DNA from: a virus
Reading direction: 5' to 3' (one strand)
IMG/VR virus record: IMGVR_UViG_3300038829_000038
Coordinates: 1 to 41,337 of that record
DNA length: 41,337 nt
In this document: in pieces, positions 33,442 to 40,382 of the stretch
Layout: each line of letters starts with the position of its first letter
Numbering within the stretch: position 1 is the stretch's first letter
The notes under the pieces: model-generated
What the model was told of the DNA's origin: nothing
Seen by the model: only the letters and a program-made list of their open reading frames with translations
The model's database searches: none
Translations under genes and position numbers: made by a program

Positions 33442-33798
33442 GGAGACAGTACTAGCACAGAGGAGAGGAGGGTGCAACTAGGATGAGGGATGAGGGATAA
33501 CGCCTACGGCTAGGCTACGATGGATGCTCCTATTATTATCGGATAATGGTCGGCCTATGTGGGGTGGGCCGCCCCCTTAGTCTGCCACGCCCGCCTGCCG
33601 CCCTTCACTCTAGGCTGGTTGAAAGCAAAAGTCAAGAACGAAAATGCAATTCCGCCACACTGAGGCAGTTTAGTTGCCAGATCGCCCCAACTCGGGATGA
33701 TCCGAATAACGCACTCTCAACGATTCCGCGTAGTTAGCCATGGCACAGGGCATGCACTACAGTTCAGTATGACCGCACACTCAACCCAGGAGGACAGC

Positions 33799-33978
33799 AT
33801 GAAATTCACAACATTCACAGGTTTACTAGCGGACCGATACGCGCAGGCGGTTGAGCGAGAGCAGGAACGGACACGGCTGTACGAGGTACTGTTGCAGGCG
33901 CAACTGGTTGGAGATCGTGCGGCTACACAGCGAGCACAACAGGCCGTTGATACGTTTGAGGGGCCGGGAGATCACTAG
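33799..33978 (+). CDS. Hypothetical 59-aa protein, plus-strand island
   Basis: AGGAGGacagc upstream of ATG 33799. Translation is MKFTTFTGLLADRYAQAVEREQERTRLYEVLLQAQLVGDRAATQRAQQAVDTFEGPGDH. Confidence 0.5.
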   Translation: MKFTTFTGLLADRYAQAVEREQERTRLYEVLLQAQLVGDRAATQRAQQAVDTFEGPGDH

Positions 33979-33983
33979 CAGGA

Positions 33984-34164
33984 ATGGCCATCACCAAAGC
34001 CGAAGGTATTTCCTCTTTGCAATTGTCTAAAGAAATCGGCATTACGCAAAAGTCGGCGTGGTTCATGTTGCAGCGACTCCGTGCGGTACGTTGACGAGTT
34101 CACCTTCCGACTGAACGACGGCAATGTGCAACGGCACACACTGGAGCGGTTGGACAGCTTTGTC
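33984..34164 (+). pseudogene. Remnant of an IS1595-family transposase (HTH fragment fused out of frame to the C-terminal tail; DDE core deleted)
   Basis: The first frame reads MAITKAEGISSLQLSKEIGITQKSAWFMLQRLRAVR* (33984-34094). A +1-shifted frame from 34081 reads RYVDEFTFRLNDGNVQRHTLERLDSFV. Both blocks are characteristic of IS1595/ISXO2-like transposases, which are normally about 300 aa. Confidence 0.7.
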
Positions 34165-34304
34165 GCGGTGTGGATACTCCACTCCTGCTACGCGGTGTTC
34201 TGTGCGTGGTGGAAGGAAGGCAAGGCGGAAGTGATCGTTGAAGAGATGGAGCACACCGACCCAATCGTGGTCCAGGCCCATAAGGTGAATCCATGGAGGC
34301 GGCT

Positions 34305-34460
34305 ATGATCCTCATCCGCTTCCCAACCCGAGAGGCCATGTTGCAGTACCTGCTGGCTGAGAGCATCAAAGTACGCGCCGGCCAGCCCTGTTCAACTCTC
34401 ATCCTCGACCGAAAGGAGCCCCATGAAGATCACATTGATCCTCGACGTGCCGAAGATTAA
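34305..34460 (+). CDS. Possible 51-aa ORF, plus-strand island
   Basis: GGAGGcggct upstream of ATG 34305. It overlaps the next ORF by 38 nt. Confidence 0.3.
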   Translation: MILIRFPTREAMLQYLLAESIKVRAGQPCSTLILDRKEPHEDHIDPRRAED

Positions 34461-34581
34461 AACCGTGAAAGGCGGACAGGAGTTTGCAACCATCCTTGCC
34501 GAGCATATCGTCGAAACATTTAACGATGACACCAGCATCAAGAGCGTGTTGACATCCGTCCCGAAAGAGAGGGCGTCATGA
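34423..34581 (+). CDS. Hypothetical 52-aa protein, plus-strand island
   Basis: GAAAGGAGcccc upstream of ATG 34423. Translation is MKITLILDVPKIKTVKGGQEFATILAEHIVETFNDDTSIKSVLTSVPKERAS. Confidence 0.5.
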   Translation: MKITLILDVPKIKTVKGGQEFATILAEHIVETFNDDTSIKSVLTSVPKERAS

Positions 34582-34706
34582 CCGAACAAGAGACGAGAGA
34601 CATGTTTGCAGCCCACGCCTTAGCGGCACTGATCTATCGGGGCGTAGGTGATCCGACGCGGTATACGGCTAGGGATGTAGACCACACCACGATCTACCAC
34701 GCATAA
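34578..34706 (+). CDS. Hypothetical 42-aa protein, plus-strand island
   Basis: ATGA overlap with the previous ORF. Translation is MTEQETRDMFAAHALAALIYRGVGDPTRYTARDVDHTTIYHA. Confidence 0.4.
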   Translation: MTEQETRDMFAAHALAALIYRGVGDPTRYTARDVDHTTIYHA

Positions 34707-34713
34707 ACCTCTC

Positions 34714-34739
34714 GACGGGCTGGCCTCCGCTGGCCCGTC
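34714..34739 (+). terminator. GC hairpin just after the plus-strand island (possible terminator; no U-tract)
   Basis: gacgggc(34714-34720)-12 nt-gcccgtc(34733-34739), 8 nt after the stop at 34706, in the convergent gap before dnaB. Confidence 0.25.
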
Positions 34740-34964
34740 ACGTTACCGCACCTTCCTCGTCGCATTCACCGCTCCTGCTTGCTGGTCCTGCGTCAGGATA
34801 TAGGCCGTGTCGACCAATGTAACTCATTGTTACTGCACAGCTTTACTGTATTGTACGCCAATAATTACCATAGTTGTCGACTATACCACCGTGATCAGTC
34901 CATCGTCTTTTCTATAAAGTACGCTCATATTGGCAAGCAGGCCACTTCCTGAGCCATTCCTGCC

Positions 34965-36275
34965 TCATGTCAGATCCGTAAACTTAGCCGACGTGCTCAC
35001 AAACGAGACTCGTACATCCCCAATCGGCCCGTTCCTGTGTTTTCTGATGAGTATTTCGGCGGTCCCTAAGTCTGGTGACTCACGGTTGTAGACCTCATCA
35101 CGATACAACTCGATTACAATATCCGCATCCTGCTCAATCGATCCACTTTCCCGAAGATCTGAAAGAATAGGCCGCTTGTCTTCCCGTTCCTCACATTTCC
35201 TAGAGAGTTGTGACAATGCGACCACGGTGATACCCAGCTCTTTCGCTAAGAGCTTCAGGCCGCGTGAGATCTGCGAGACTTCGACCTGTCGATTGTCCCG
35301 GCTGTTCTTGCCTTCCATGAGCTGGAGATAATCCACAAACAAGACATCAACCTGTTTTTTGACCTTCAGCTGTCTCGCCTTCGCCCTCAGCTTATCCATC
35401 GTCATGATACTGGAATCGTCGATAGAGATCGGCGCACTGGAGAGCACTTGCGCCGCGTCCGCAATCGGCCACATGGCCCCTTGATGCAACCGCCCGTTGG
35501 TCAAGTCAAACACATTCACTTTCGCTTCAATCGCCAGCATCCTAGAGCCGAGCTGCCGTGCACTCATTTCCAAGCTAGAAACCGCCACCGTATGCCCAGC
35601 CTTGGCCGCTGCAATCGCAGCCCCGCACATGAGCGCAGTCTTGCCCATACTTGGCCGTGCTGCCAAAATGACCAGATCGCTTGGTTGCCACCCGCCGAGC
35701 ATTTTATCTAAGTCGGTCAAGCCGGTCGTAATCCCACTTAACACCTCCCCGCGCTTCTGCATCAACACCACATGGTCAAGCGTTTCACTGATCACGTCGG
35801 CACTCGTGCGCCACGGCAGCACTTGCCTCGCCCACATGGTCGTGAAGAGTTTCCCTTCCGCCTCTGTCGCAATCACTGAGGCGTCGTGCTTCTGCTCGGC
35901 TTGCATCGTGAGATCCTGCCCGATCCTCCGCAACCCACGCAAGAGCGACAGCTCTTTGACCGCCTTCGCGTGAGACTGAATGTTCGCCGCTGACACGACA
36001 TTCGCCACGAGTTCAGCGAGGTACGCATTCCCGCCAACCGTCTCAAGGCTGCCGGTCTGTCCGAGCATCTGCCCGACCGTGAGGTAGTCAATAGCCTCGC
36101 TCTGCCTCCGCAGCATCAGCATGGCTGAATAAATTGCCTGGTGCTTTCTAAAATACCAATCCTCCACGCTGAGATGCTCGGCCACGTCGTCAAACGATCC
36201 GCCGATCAACAGCGCCCCTAAGACCGCTTGCTCTAACGCTTCGTCATGTGGCTGTACGGCTAATTCGTGATTCAT
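34965..36275 (-). CDS. dnaB: Replicative DNA helicase DnaB
   Basis: N-domain EQAVLGALLIGG. Walker A ARPSMGKTAL. SLEMSARQLGSRMLA. Walker B LFVDYLQLM. ISRGLKLLAKELGITVVALSQLSR and ILSDLRESGSIEQDADIV. Start set at MNHELAV (ATG 36275, AAGGAGG upstream). Confidence 0.95.
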   Translation of the reverse strand: MNHELAVQPHDEALEQAVLGALLIGGSFDDVAEHLSVEDWYFRKHQAIYSAMLMLRRQSEAIDYLTVGQMLGQTGSLETVGGNAYLAELVANVVSAANIQSHAKAVKELSLLRGLRRIGQDLTMQAEQKHDASVIATEAEGKLFTTMWARQVLPWRTSADVISETLDHVVLMQKRGEVLSGITTGLTDLDKMLGGWQPSDLVILAARPSMGKTALMCGAAIAAAKAGHTVAVSSLEMSARQLGSRMLAIEAKVNVFDLTNGRLHQGAMWPIADAAQVLSSAPISIDDSSIMTMDKLRAKARQLKVKKQVDVLFVDYLQLMEGKNSRDNRQVEVSQISRGLKLLAKELGITVVALSQLSRKCEEREDKRPILSDLRESGSIEQDADIVIELYRDEVYNRESPDLGTAEILIRKHRNGPIGDVRVSFVSTSAKFTDLT

Positions 36276-37053
36276 ACGCCTCCTTGTGTGTTTGGCATCG
36301 CGGTTGCCCCCCGATCTGCACAACAGACGGCTCCCCGCACGGTTTCAGAAACGCCCCTCGCTGCACTCGCTCTTGGCAGGTTGAAGTATCTTTGTTGGCT
36401 ATCATCGGCTTATCGCTCATGGCCTTGATTAGCCAGTTCACAAACGCACGACGAGTGAGCTGCCGATTATGCTCTGGATACCATACCGAGGCTTTCTTGT
36501 GTTCTAGGTCGATATCAATCCCGGTATACACCGGGTTCTCTTTCAAACTCTGTACCCACTCCACATCGCAGACGGCGGCGCGTGACCGTTTCTGAACGGA
36601 TCGCGCTTCCCCTTGCATCCCCTTCTTCTCTTCTTCTTTATCTTTAGGAACGGAAGGGAACGGAACGGAACGGAGGGGTGAGGTATCAATCCCCGATGCT
36701 GTTTGCAATGAATCTTTTTGTGGATACCGTGATTTATTATATTTCAACCAGTTACGCCCTTTTAAAACCAACGGCGAACCATCCGCCGCGACTTCGCCAA
36801 CCAGTAGCCATTCCTTCGCCACCAGTTGGCCAACCTGCCGCCGTACCTTGGCGGATGACTGGCGAACACTCCGCGACAGCACGGCCAACCAATCTCCAAC
36901 CAATCTCCAGTGGTTATCCGTCCGTTCTAAATAGATCAAAATTTGGAGCCAGGTGAGGATGAACCGGTCTCCAAATTCATTGATCATCTCCCAAATTTCA
37001 GGGTCTGCAAGAATCTCTTGGCTACAATGAAAGTAGCGTTTAATCGGAGGCAT
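36244..37053 (-). CDS. Replication organiser / helicase-loader candidate (269 aa)
   Basis: It lies immediately upstream of dnaB and overlaps it. The N-terminus is winged-helix-like, and the C-terminal block ASVWYPEHNRQLTRRAFVNWLIKA resembles phage replisome organisers. Start set at MPPIKRYF (ATG 37053). Confidence 0.45.
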   Translation of the reverse strand: MPPIKRYFHCSQEILADPEIWEMINEFGDRFILTWLQILIYLERTDNHWRLVGDWLAVLSRSVRQSSAKVRRQVGQLVAKEWLLVGEVAADGSPLVLKGRNWLKYNKSRYPQKDSLQTASGIDTSPLRSVPFPSVPKDKEEEKKGMQGEARSVQKRSRAAVCDVEWVQSLKENPVYTGIDIDLEHKKASVWYPEHNRQLTRRAFVNWLIKAMSDKPMIANKDTSTCQERVQRGAFLKPCGEPSVVQIGGQPRCQTHKEAYESRISRTAT

Positions 37054-37175
37054 ACTCACCCCACCCTCAAATAAAAAGGGGGCCAGACAATCTGCGAGAA
37101 TTGTCCGGACCCCCATTGTCGCGAACAGGATTACTCCTGTCCGAGAACATCATTACTGTGCTCGCAGACACAGCC

Positions 37176-37376
37176 TCAATTATTCTCACTACAGCACATC
37201 AGCCACCCTCTGTCAACCGTTCTGGCAGCACTTCTCTGCACCGCCCCCTGATACGTCCGCTTCAGGACTTCTTTCGCTTCAGGATTCTTGTAGAAATAGA
37301 GACGCCAACAAGCTTGGCAGGTCCCTGTCGGTTCACCTTTAGCTTGGTACGTTGGATGAATCTGACACCATGCCAT
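37176..37376 (-). CDS. Doubtful 66-aa ORF (Cys/His N-terminus; 3' part overlies a relic of another gene in a different frame)
   Basis: MAWCQIHPTYQAKGEPTGTCQACW... It overlaps the HNH gene end by 38 nt and contains the 28-nt repeat at 37225-37252. Confidence 0.3.
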   Translation of the reverse strand: MAWCQIHPTYQAKGEPTGTCQACWRLYFYKNPEAKEVLKRTYQGAVQRSAARTVDRGWLMCCSENN

Positions 37377-37794
37377 ATTCAGATCTCATTAGTTTCTTTT
37401 TAAGTAAGGCTGCTAATCTGCAAGTTTTGTGATATGCCTGCTTGTCTGGTGCGTAAAACCCTACCGTGCCTGCCGGTTCCCATTTCCCACAAAACTGACA
37501 CTTCCGATATGTTGGGTCTCCGCATGATCTGTATGCGCGTGTCCTTCTATGAAGCAACTTATGATAAGCCAAGCTGTCGCATATCACGAGGTTTTCTGGT
37601 CGATTGTCAGAGCCGATCTCGTTAACGTGGTGGACTTCGCATCCTTTTGGTAAAGGTCTTCCAAGGGCCTTTGACGCAATAAGAACATGCTGGTATACGT
37701 GGCCTGAGTTATTCGCCAGATCATGCGTTGGCATCCATATTCTAATATATCCACATCCATTCGACCTTGGATAAACCGGTCTGTACCATGGCAT
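37339..37794 (-). CDS. HNH homing endonuclease (151 aa)
   Basis: GHVYQHVLIASKALGRPLPKGCEVHHVNEIGSDNRPENLVICDSLAYHKLLH is the HNH (H-N-H) motif. Start set at MPWYRP (ATG 37794, AAGGAGGtttctatat upstream). GC is visibly lower here. Confidence 0.85.
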   Translation of the reverse strand: MPWYRPVYPRSNGCGYIRIWMPTHDLANNSGHVYQHVLIASKALGRPLPKGCEVHHVNEIGSDNRPENLVICDSLAYHKLLHRRTRAYRSCGDPTYRKCQFCGKWEPAGTVGFYAPDKQAYHKTCRLAALLKKKLMRSEYGMVSDSSNVPS

Positions 37795-37808
37795 ATATAG
37801 AAACCTCC

Positions 37809-37886
37809 TTAGTCTTGCCGGTGAGAGCCCATCCACAGCAACCCGCCAATCGCCACAGCTAAGAGGGCTAAGATCCATTCCATCAT
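37809..37886 (-). CDS. 25-aa hydrophobic peptide (below the track cutoff)
   Basis: ATGA overlap with the upstream stop. Translation is MMEWILALLAVAIGGLLWMGSHRQD. Confidence 0.3.
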   Translation of the reverse strand: MMEWILALLAVAIGGLLWMGSHRQD

Positions 37887-38089
37887 GATGGCTCCTCTGG
37901 GCCTGGAATCGGGCCTGCCCATGCACCACCCAGACTGCGCACTGCATTGTCTTTTTCATCATCTTGGAACAGCGCAAACAACAACCGGCCATCTTTTATA
38001 ACTTCAACCACTTGCTCCCCATCACAATATGCACGTCTCCACCAGTACCAGCCTATTACAGTGGGTCGGGTCTTCGTCCAGGTCAGCAT
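37883..38089 (-). CDS. GWYWW-family small protein, paralogue 3 (68 aa)
   Basis: MLTWTKTRPTVIGWYWWRR...GAWAGPIPGPEEPS. GGAGGAGGGGA upstream. Confidence 0.65.
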   Translation of the reverse strand: MLTWTKTRPTVIGWYWWRRAYCDGEQVVEVIKDGRLLFALFQDDEKDNAVRSLGGAWAGPIPGPEEPS

Positions 38090-38125
38090 TTCCCCTCCTC
38101 CTAAAATCTACTAATCCGTGGCATG

Positions 38126-38311
38126 TTAGTAGTTACTTCGCTCAGCATGGATTTGTCTCTGCTTCGCATCGTCCGCCGCCATCTCCAACCCCGCCGCCAT
38201 CGCTTCGCGGTAGAGGGACTCAAGCACATCCAGCTCCCTCTTGGCGTGCTCGGCGTCAGTGAAATCACGCAGCACTTCTCTGCACCGCCCCCTGATTTGT
38301 TCGGGGGTCAT
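38126..38311 (-). CDS. MTPxxxRxRC-family small protein, paralogue 2 (61 aa)
   Basis: MTPEQIRGRCREVLRDF...LESLYREAMAAGL. ATGA overlap with the upstream gene. Confidence 0.6.
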   Translation of the reverse strand: MTPEQIRGRCREVLRDFTDAEHAKRELDVLESLYREAMAAGLEMAADDAKQRQIHAERSNY

Positions 38312-38502
38312 GCTGGCTCCTTTGGTTCAGGGATGGGGCCTGCCCATTTGCCAGGCATGTCCTGGACTCTCCTGGGCGCAAACTCAATAAATAAAGCCCA
38401 TCCATCAGTACTCACCCAACAAATCAATCCATTCATCAAGCCCGGTTCCTCACTCCACCAATACCACCCCGGCGTTGTCGGTCTGTCATTCGTCCAGTGC
38501 AT
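38308..38502 (-). CDS. GWYWW-family small protein, paralogue 2 (64 aa)
   Basis: MHWTNDRPTTPGWYWWSEE...GKWAGPIPEPKEPA. ATG 38502 has AAAGGGGA upstream. Confidence 0.65.
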   Translation of the reverse strand: MHWTNDRPTTPGWYWWSEEPGLMNGLICWVSTDGWALFIEFAPRRVQDMPGKWAGPIPEPKEPA

Positions 38503-38633
38503 CACGTTCCCCTTTCGGTGAGTTTCTTGAGGATGTCACGGCACTGCTTAGCTCTCTCATGCCTTAATGTTGGCGCGCTAGCGTACCCATTCGGTGATGT
38601 CGTGGCCCACACCTTAAATTCACGTAACACCAT
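38502..38633 (-). CDS. Possible 43-aa ORF (below the track cutoff)
   Basis: Translation is MVLREFKVWATTSPNGYASAPTLRHERAKQCRDILKKLTERGT. Its stop overlaps the next ATG (TGATG), but the SD spacing is poor. Confidence 0.3.
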   Translation of the reverse strand: MVLREFKVWATTSPNGYASAPTLRHERAKQCRDILKKLTERGT

Positions 38634-38654
38634 CCTCACTACCGGCTGATGCTG

Positions 38655-38753
38655 TCACGCTCCTCCGCAATCAGCATCAGCCGCATCTGATCGATCATTG
38701 AAATAGCAGGCTCCAACCATCCGCTCAAACCGATCCGATTTCTTTTGTGTCAT
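38655..38753 (-). CDS. Possible 32-aa ORF (below the track cutoff)
   Basis: AAGGAGcgag upstream of ATG 38753. Translation is MTQKKSDRFERMVGACYFNDRSDAADADCGGA. Its 3' end forms an 11-bp hairpin. Confidence 0.3.
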   Translation of the reverse strand: MTQKKSDRFERMVGACYFNDRSDAADADCGGA

Positions 38754-39075
38754 CTCGCTCCTTGCAAGGTAGGCGAGGGGTCGCACACCGTTCTGACCTG
38801 CCCCATTGAAGGAGCCGGTAGGTAGCGTCTTCTGTTGTCACCCCTTTCGAGGCCCCTCGCCATCTCCCTCTTACCCTATTGGTTATTTAGGTAATCGTTC
38901 GCACTTGTAGCTATGACTCGATTGGCTGTCTCCGAATTTCTCCACGCTACGTACCATCGCTTGCTCGGCGATGATACACAGATCCTTACTCGTAAATTAC
39001 CCAATGGCCTGACTCATGTTTCCACCTGTCGGCCACATACTGATGAGTAACAGTACCCACATAAACCCCCCTTGG

Positions 39076-39237
39076 TTAATTATTTACCGCCCTCCTCAAG
39101 CCTTCCGCGATCATCTCCCGGCAGAGGGCTTCAAGATCCGACACCCTCACGGTATCCCCAACGTAGTCATAAAACTCGTAATGATCCTCACACTTGGCAA
39201 ACGCCTCGCACCTCGCCCTCAGTTCGTCGGGGGTCAT
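39076..39237 (-). CDS. MTPxxxRxRC-family small protein, paralogue 1 (53 aa, below the track cutoff)
   Basis: Hand translation is MTPDELRARCEAFAKCEDHYEFYDYVGDTVRVSDLEALCREMIAEGLRRAVNN. ATGA overlap with the upstream stop. Confidence 0.55.
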   Translation of the reverse strand: MTPDELRARCEAFAKCEDHYEFYDYVGDTVRVSDLEALCREMIAEGLRRAVNN

Positions 39238-39389
39238 GGTTTCACCTTTGATTTCGGTGTAACATCGTTATCTGTGTAGGTCGATCTACAATCCTTACAG
39301 AACCAATGCAGAGGCTCAATTGTCAATTCATGACATGTACGTTTCACTAAATGTCCTTCCGGGCAAACATATTTAGGATTCCGTGTCAT
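39234..39389 (-). CDS. Zinc-ribbon mini-protein (51 aa)
   Basis: Start set at MTRNPKYVCPEGH...FCKDC (ATG 39389, ATGA overlap). Confidence 0.5.
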   Translation of the reverse strand: MTRNPKYVCPEGHLVKRTCHELTIEPLHWFCKDCRSTYTDNDVTPKSKVKP

Positions 39390-39595
39390 ACTGGCTCCTC
39401 TGGTTCTAGAGGCCCTTGCCATTCACCGTCTATCTGATCCAGACGGGTCGTTGTGCCGCACCCTTGCCGGATTACCCATAGACGTTTACTGTTTCGACCG
39501 CCCCCGAGAATGATTTCTACAATCTGGTCTGCACAATGCGGCACCCTCCACCAATACCACCCCGGTTTCGTCGGCTTCACCGTCGTCCAGATCAT
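39386..39595 (-). CDS. GWYWW-family small protein, paralogue 1 (69 aa)
   Basis: Start set at MIWTTVKPTKPGWYWWRV...GEWQGPLEPEEPV (ATG 39595, ATGA overlap). Confidence 0.65.
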   Translation of the reverse strand: MIWTTVKPTKPGWYWWRVPHCADQIVEIILGGGRNSKRLWVIRQGCGTTTRLDQIDGEWQGPLEPEEPV

Positions 39596-40134
39596 TTCCA
39601 CCACCTCCCGATTGGTACATACCGTTTCGTGACCAATGCCACCACGGCACCTGTAGCCAGCCATCCCCCTCGTTCATACCAACTCAGTTCTACTCCCTCC
39701 TTCAGTTTCGCTTCGTAGGCTTCATTCAGTTGCACCTGGATACGCTGGCCTTCTTCTAGGGTTTCGATATAGGACTTCTGTGAGTCGATCACGGAGGCCT
39801 GGGCCTGATCCTTCTCTTTGTAGGCCGCGACCGCCTTCCGGCAAACATGGCACTGTTGCACCATGTTCTTAAATTCTCCATAATCGAGCGTGACATCGGC
39901 AGCATAGGCAGAGGAACACCACACTGCCACGAGGAGCACGGATACGTACACATACCCTGTTACCCGTTTCATCTTGAGTGCCTTCAGTATTTTCTCCCCT
40001 GGCTCACGCTTGCCGTGGAGCACATCATTCACATACGGCAATGAGACATGGTGCTTTTGGCTGAATCGTTTCTGTGATCCGAGCGCCGTGCATTTCAGCT
40101 CAAGCTGCCGCCTCACGTATTCAACCGGCATCAT
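39592..40134 (-). CDS. Membrane-spanning protein with an N-terminal XRE-like HTH (180 aa)
   Basis: The HTH is QKRFSQKHHVSLPYVNDVLHGKREPGEKILKAL. It is followed by a hydrophobic segment (MKRVTGYVYVSVLLVAVWCSSAYA), a coiled-coil of about 90 aa, and a second hydrophobic segment. ATG 40134 overlaps the upstream stop as ATGA. Confidence 0.5.
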   Translation of the reverse strand: MMPVEYVRRQLELKCTALGSQKRFSQKHHVSLPYVNDVLHGKREPGEKILKALKMKRVTGYVYVSVLLVAVWCSSAYAADVTLDYGEFKNMVQQCHVCRKAVAAYKEKDQAQASVIDSQKSYIETLEEGQRIQVQLNEAYEAKLKEGVELSWYERGGWLATGAVVALVTKRYVPIGRWWK

Positions 40135-40382
40135 GGCGTCACCTCTTCTGTGCGCGGTCTCTCCATCCCAGGTGTCCATTCGAACCACCCGCCTTCTTCA
40201 CGCGCTATCTCCGTCATAGCCACGTAGCATTCAGGATGCATATACACCGTGTACGCATGCCCGCCATCGTAAAACCGATACCGACGGTACTCATCACCAA
40301 GCTTAATATGCTCCCAGCACCACTCGCAATTCCTCGTCCTCCTCCTAGCTACGTGAGTCTCAACCGGAGAGCTATGATTCAT
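40131..40382 (-). CDS. Zinc-finger-like small protein (83 aa)
   Basis: CEWCWEHIKLGDEY...YMHPEC pattern. ATGA coupling at both ends. Confidence 0.55.
   Translation of the reverse strand: MNHSSPVETHVARRRTRNCEWCWEHIKLGDEYRRYRFYDGGHAYTVYMHPECYVAMTEIAREEGGWFEWTPGMERPRTEEVTP

Noticed and set aside
33984-34164. Active mobile element or lysogeny module
   Set aside because: Only transposase fragments without the DDE core remain. No integrase, excisionase, CI-type repressor pair or att-like repeat was recognised. The genome looks lytic, or at least non-integrative.
37795-37992. N-terminal extensions of track ORFs (37339..37992, 22507..24057, 21761..22609, 6253..6702, 39386..39664, 2445..3053, 32515..32835, 36244..37116 and others)
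   Set aside because: Several begin at GTG/TTG and overlap the upstream gene. Internal ATGs with an SD and/or ATGA, TAATG or TGATG coupling give compact non-overlapping genes, so I used the shorter starts.
38644-38682. 11-bp perfect hairpin ggctgatgctg-17 nt-cagcatcagcc as a terminator
   Set aside because: No U/T tract follows on either strand, the loop is large, and it overlaps the end of a possible 32-aa ORF. It may be an RNA processing or stability element, but I cannot support a call.
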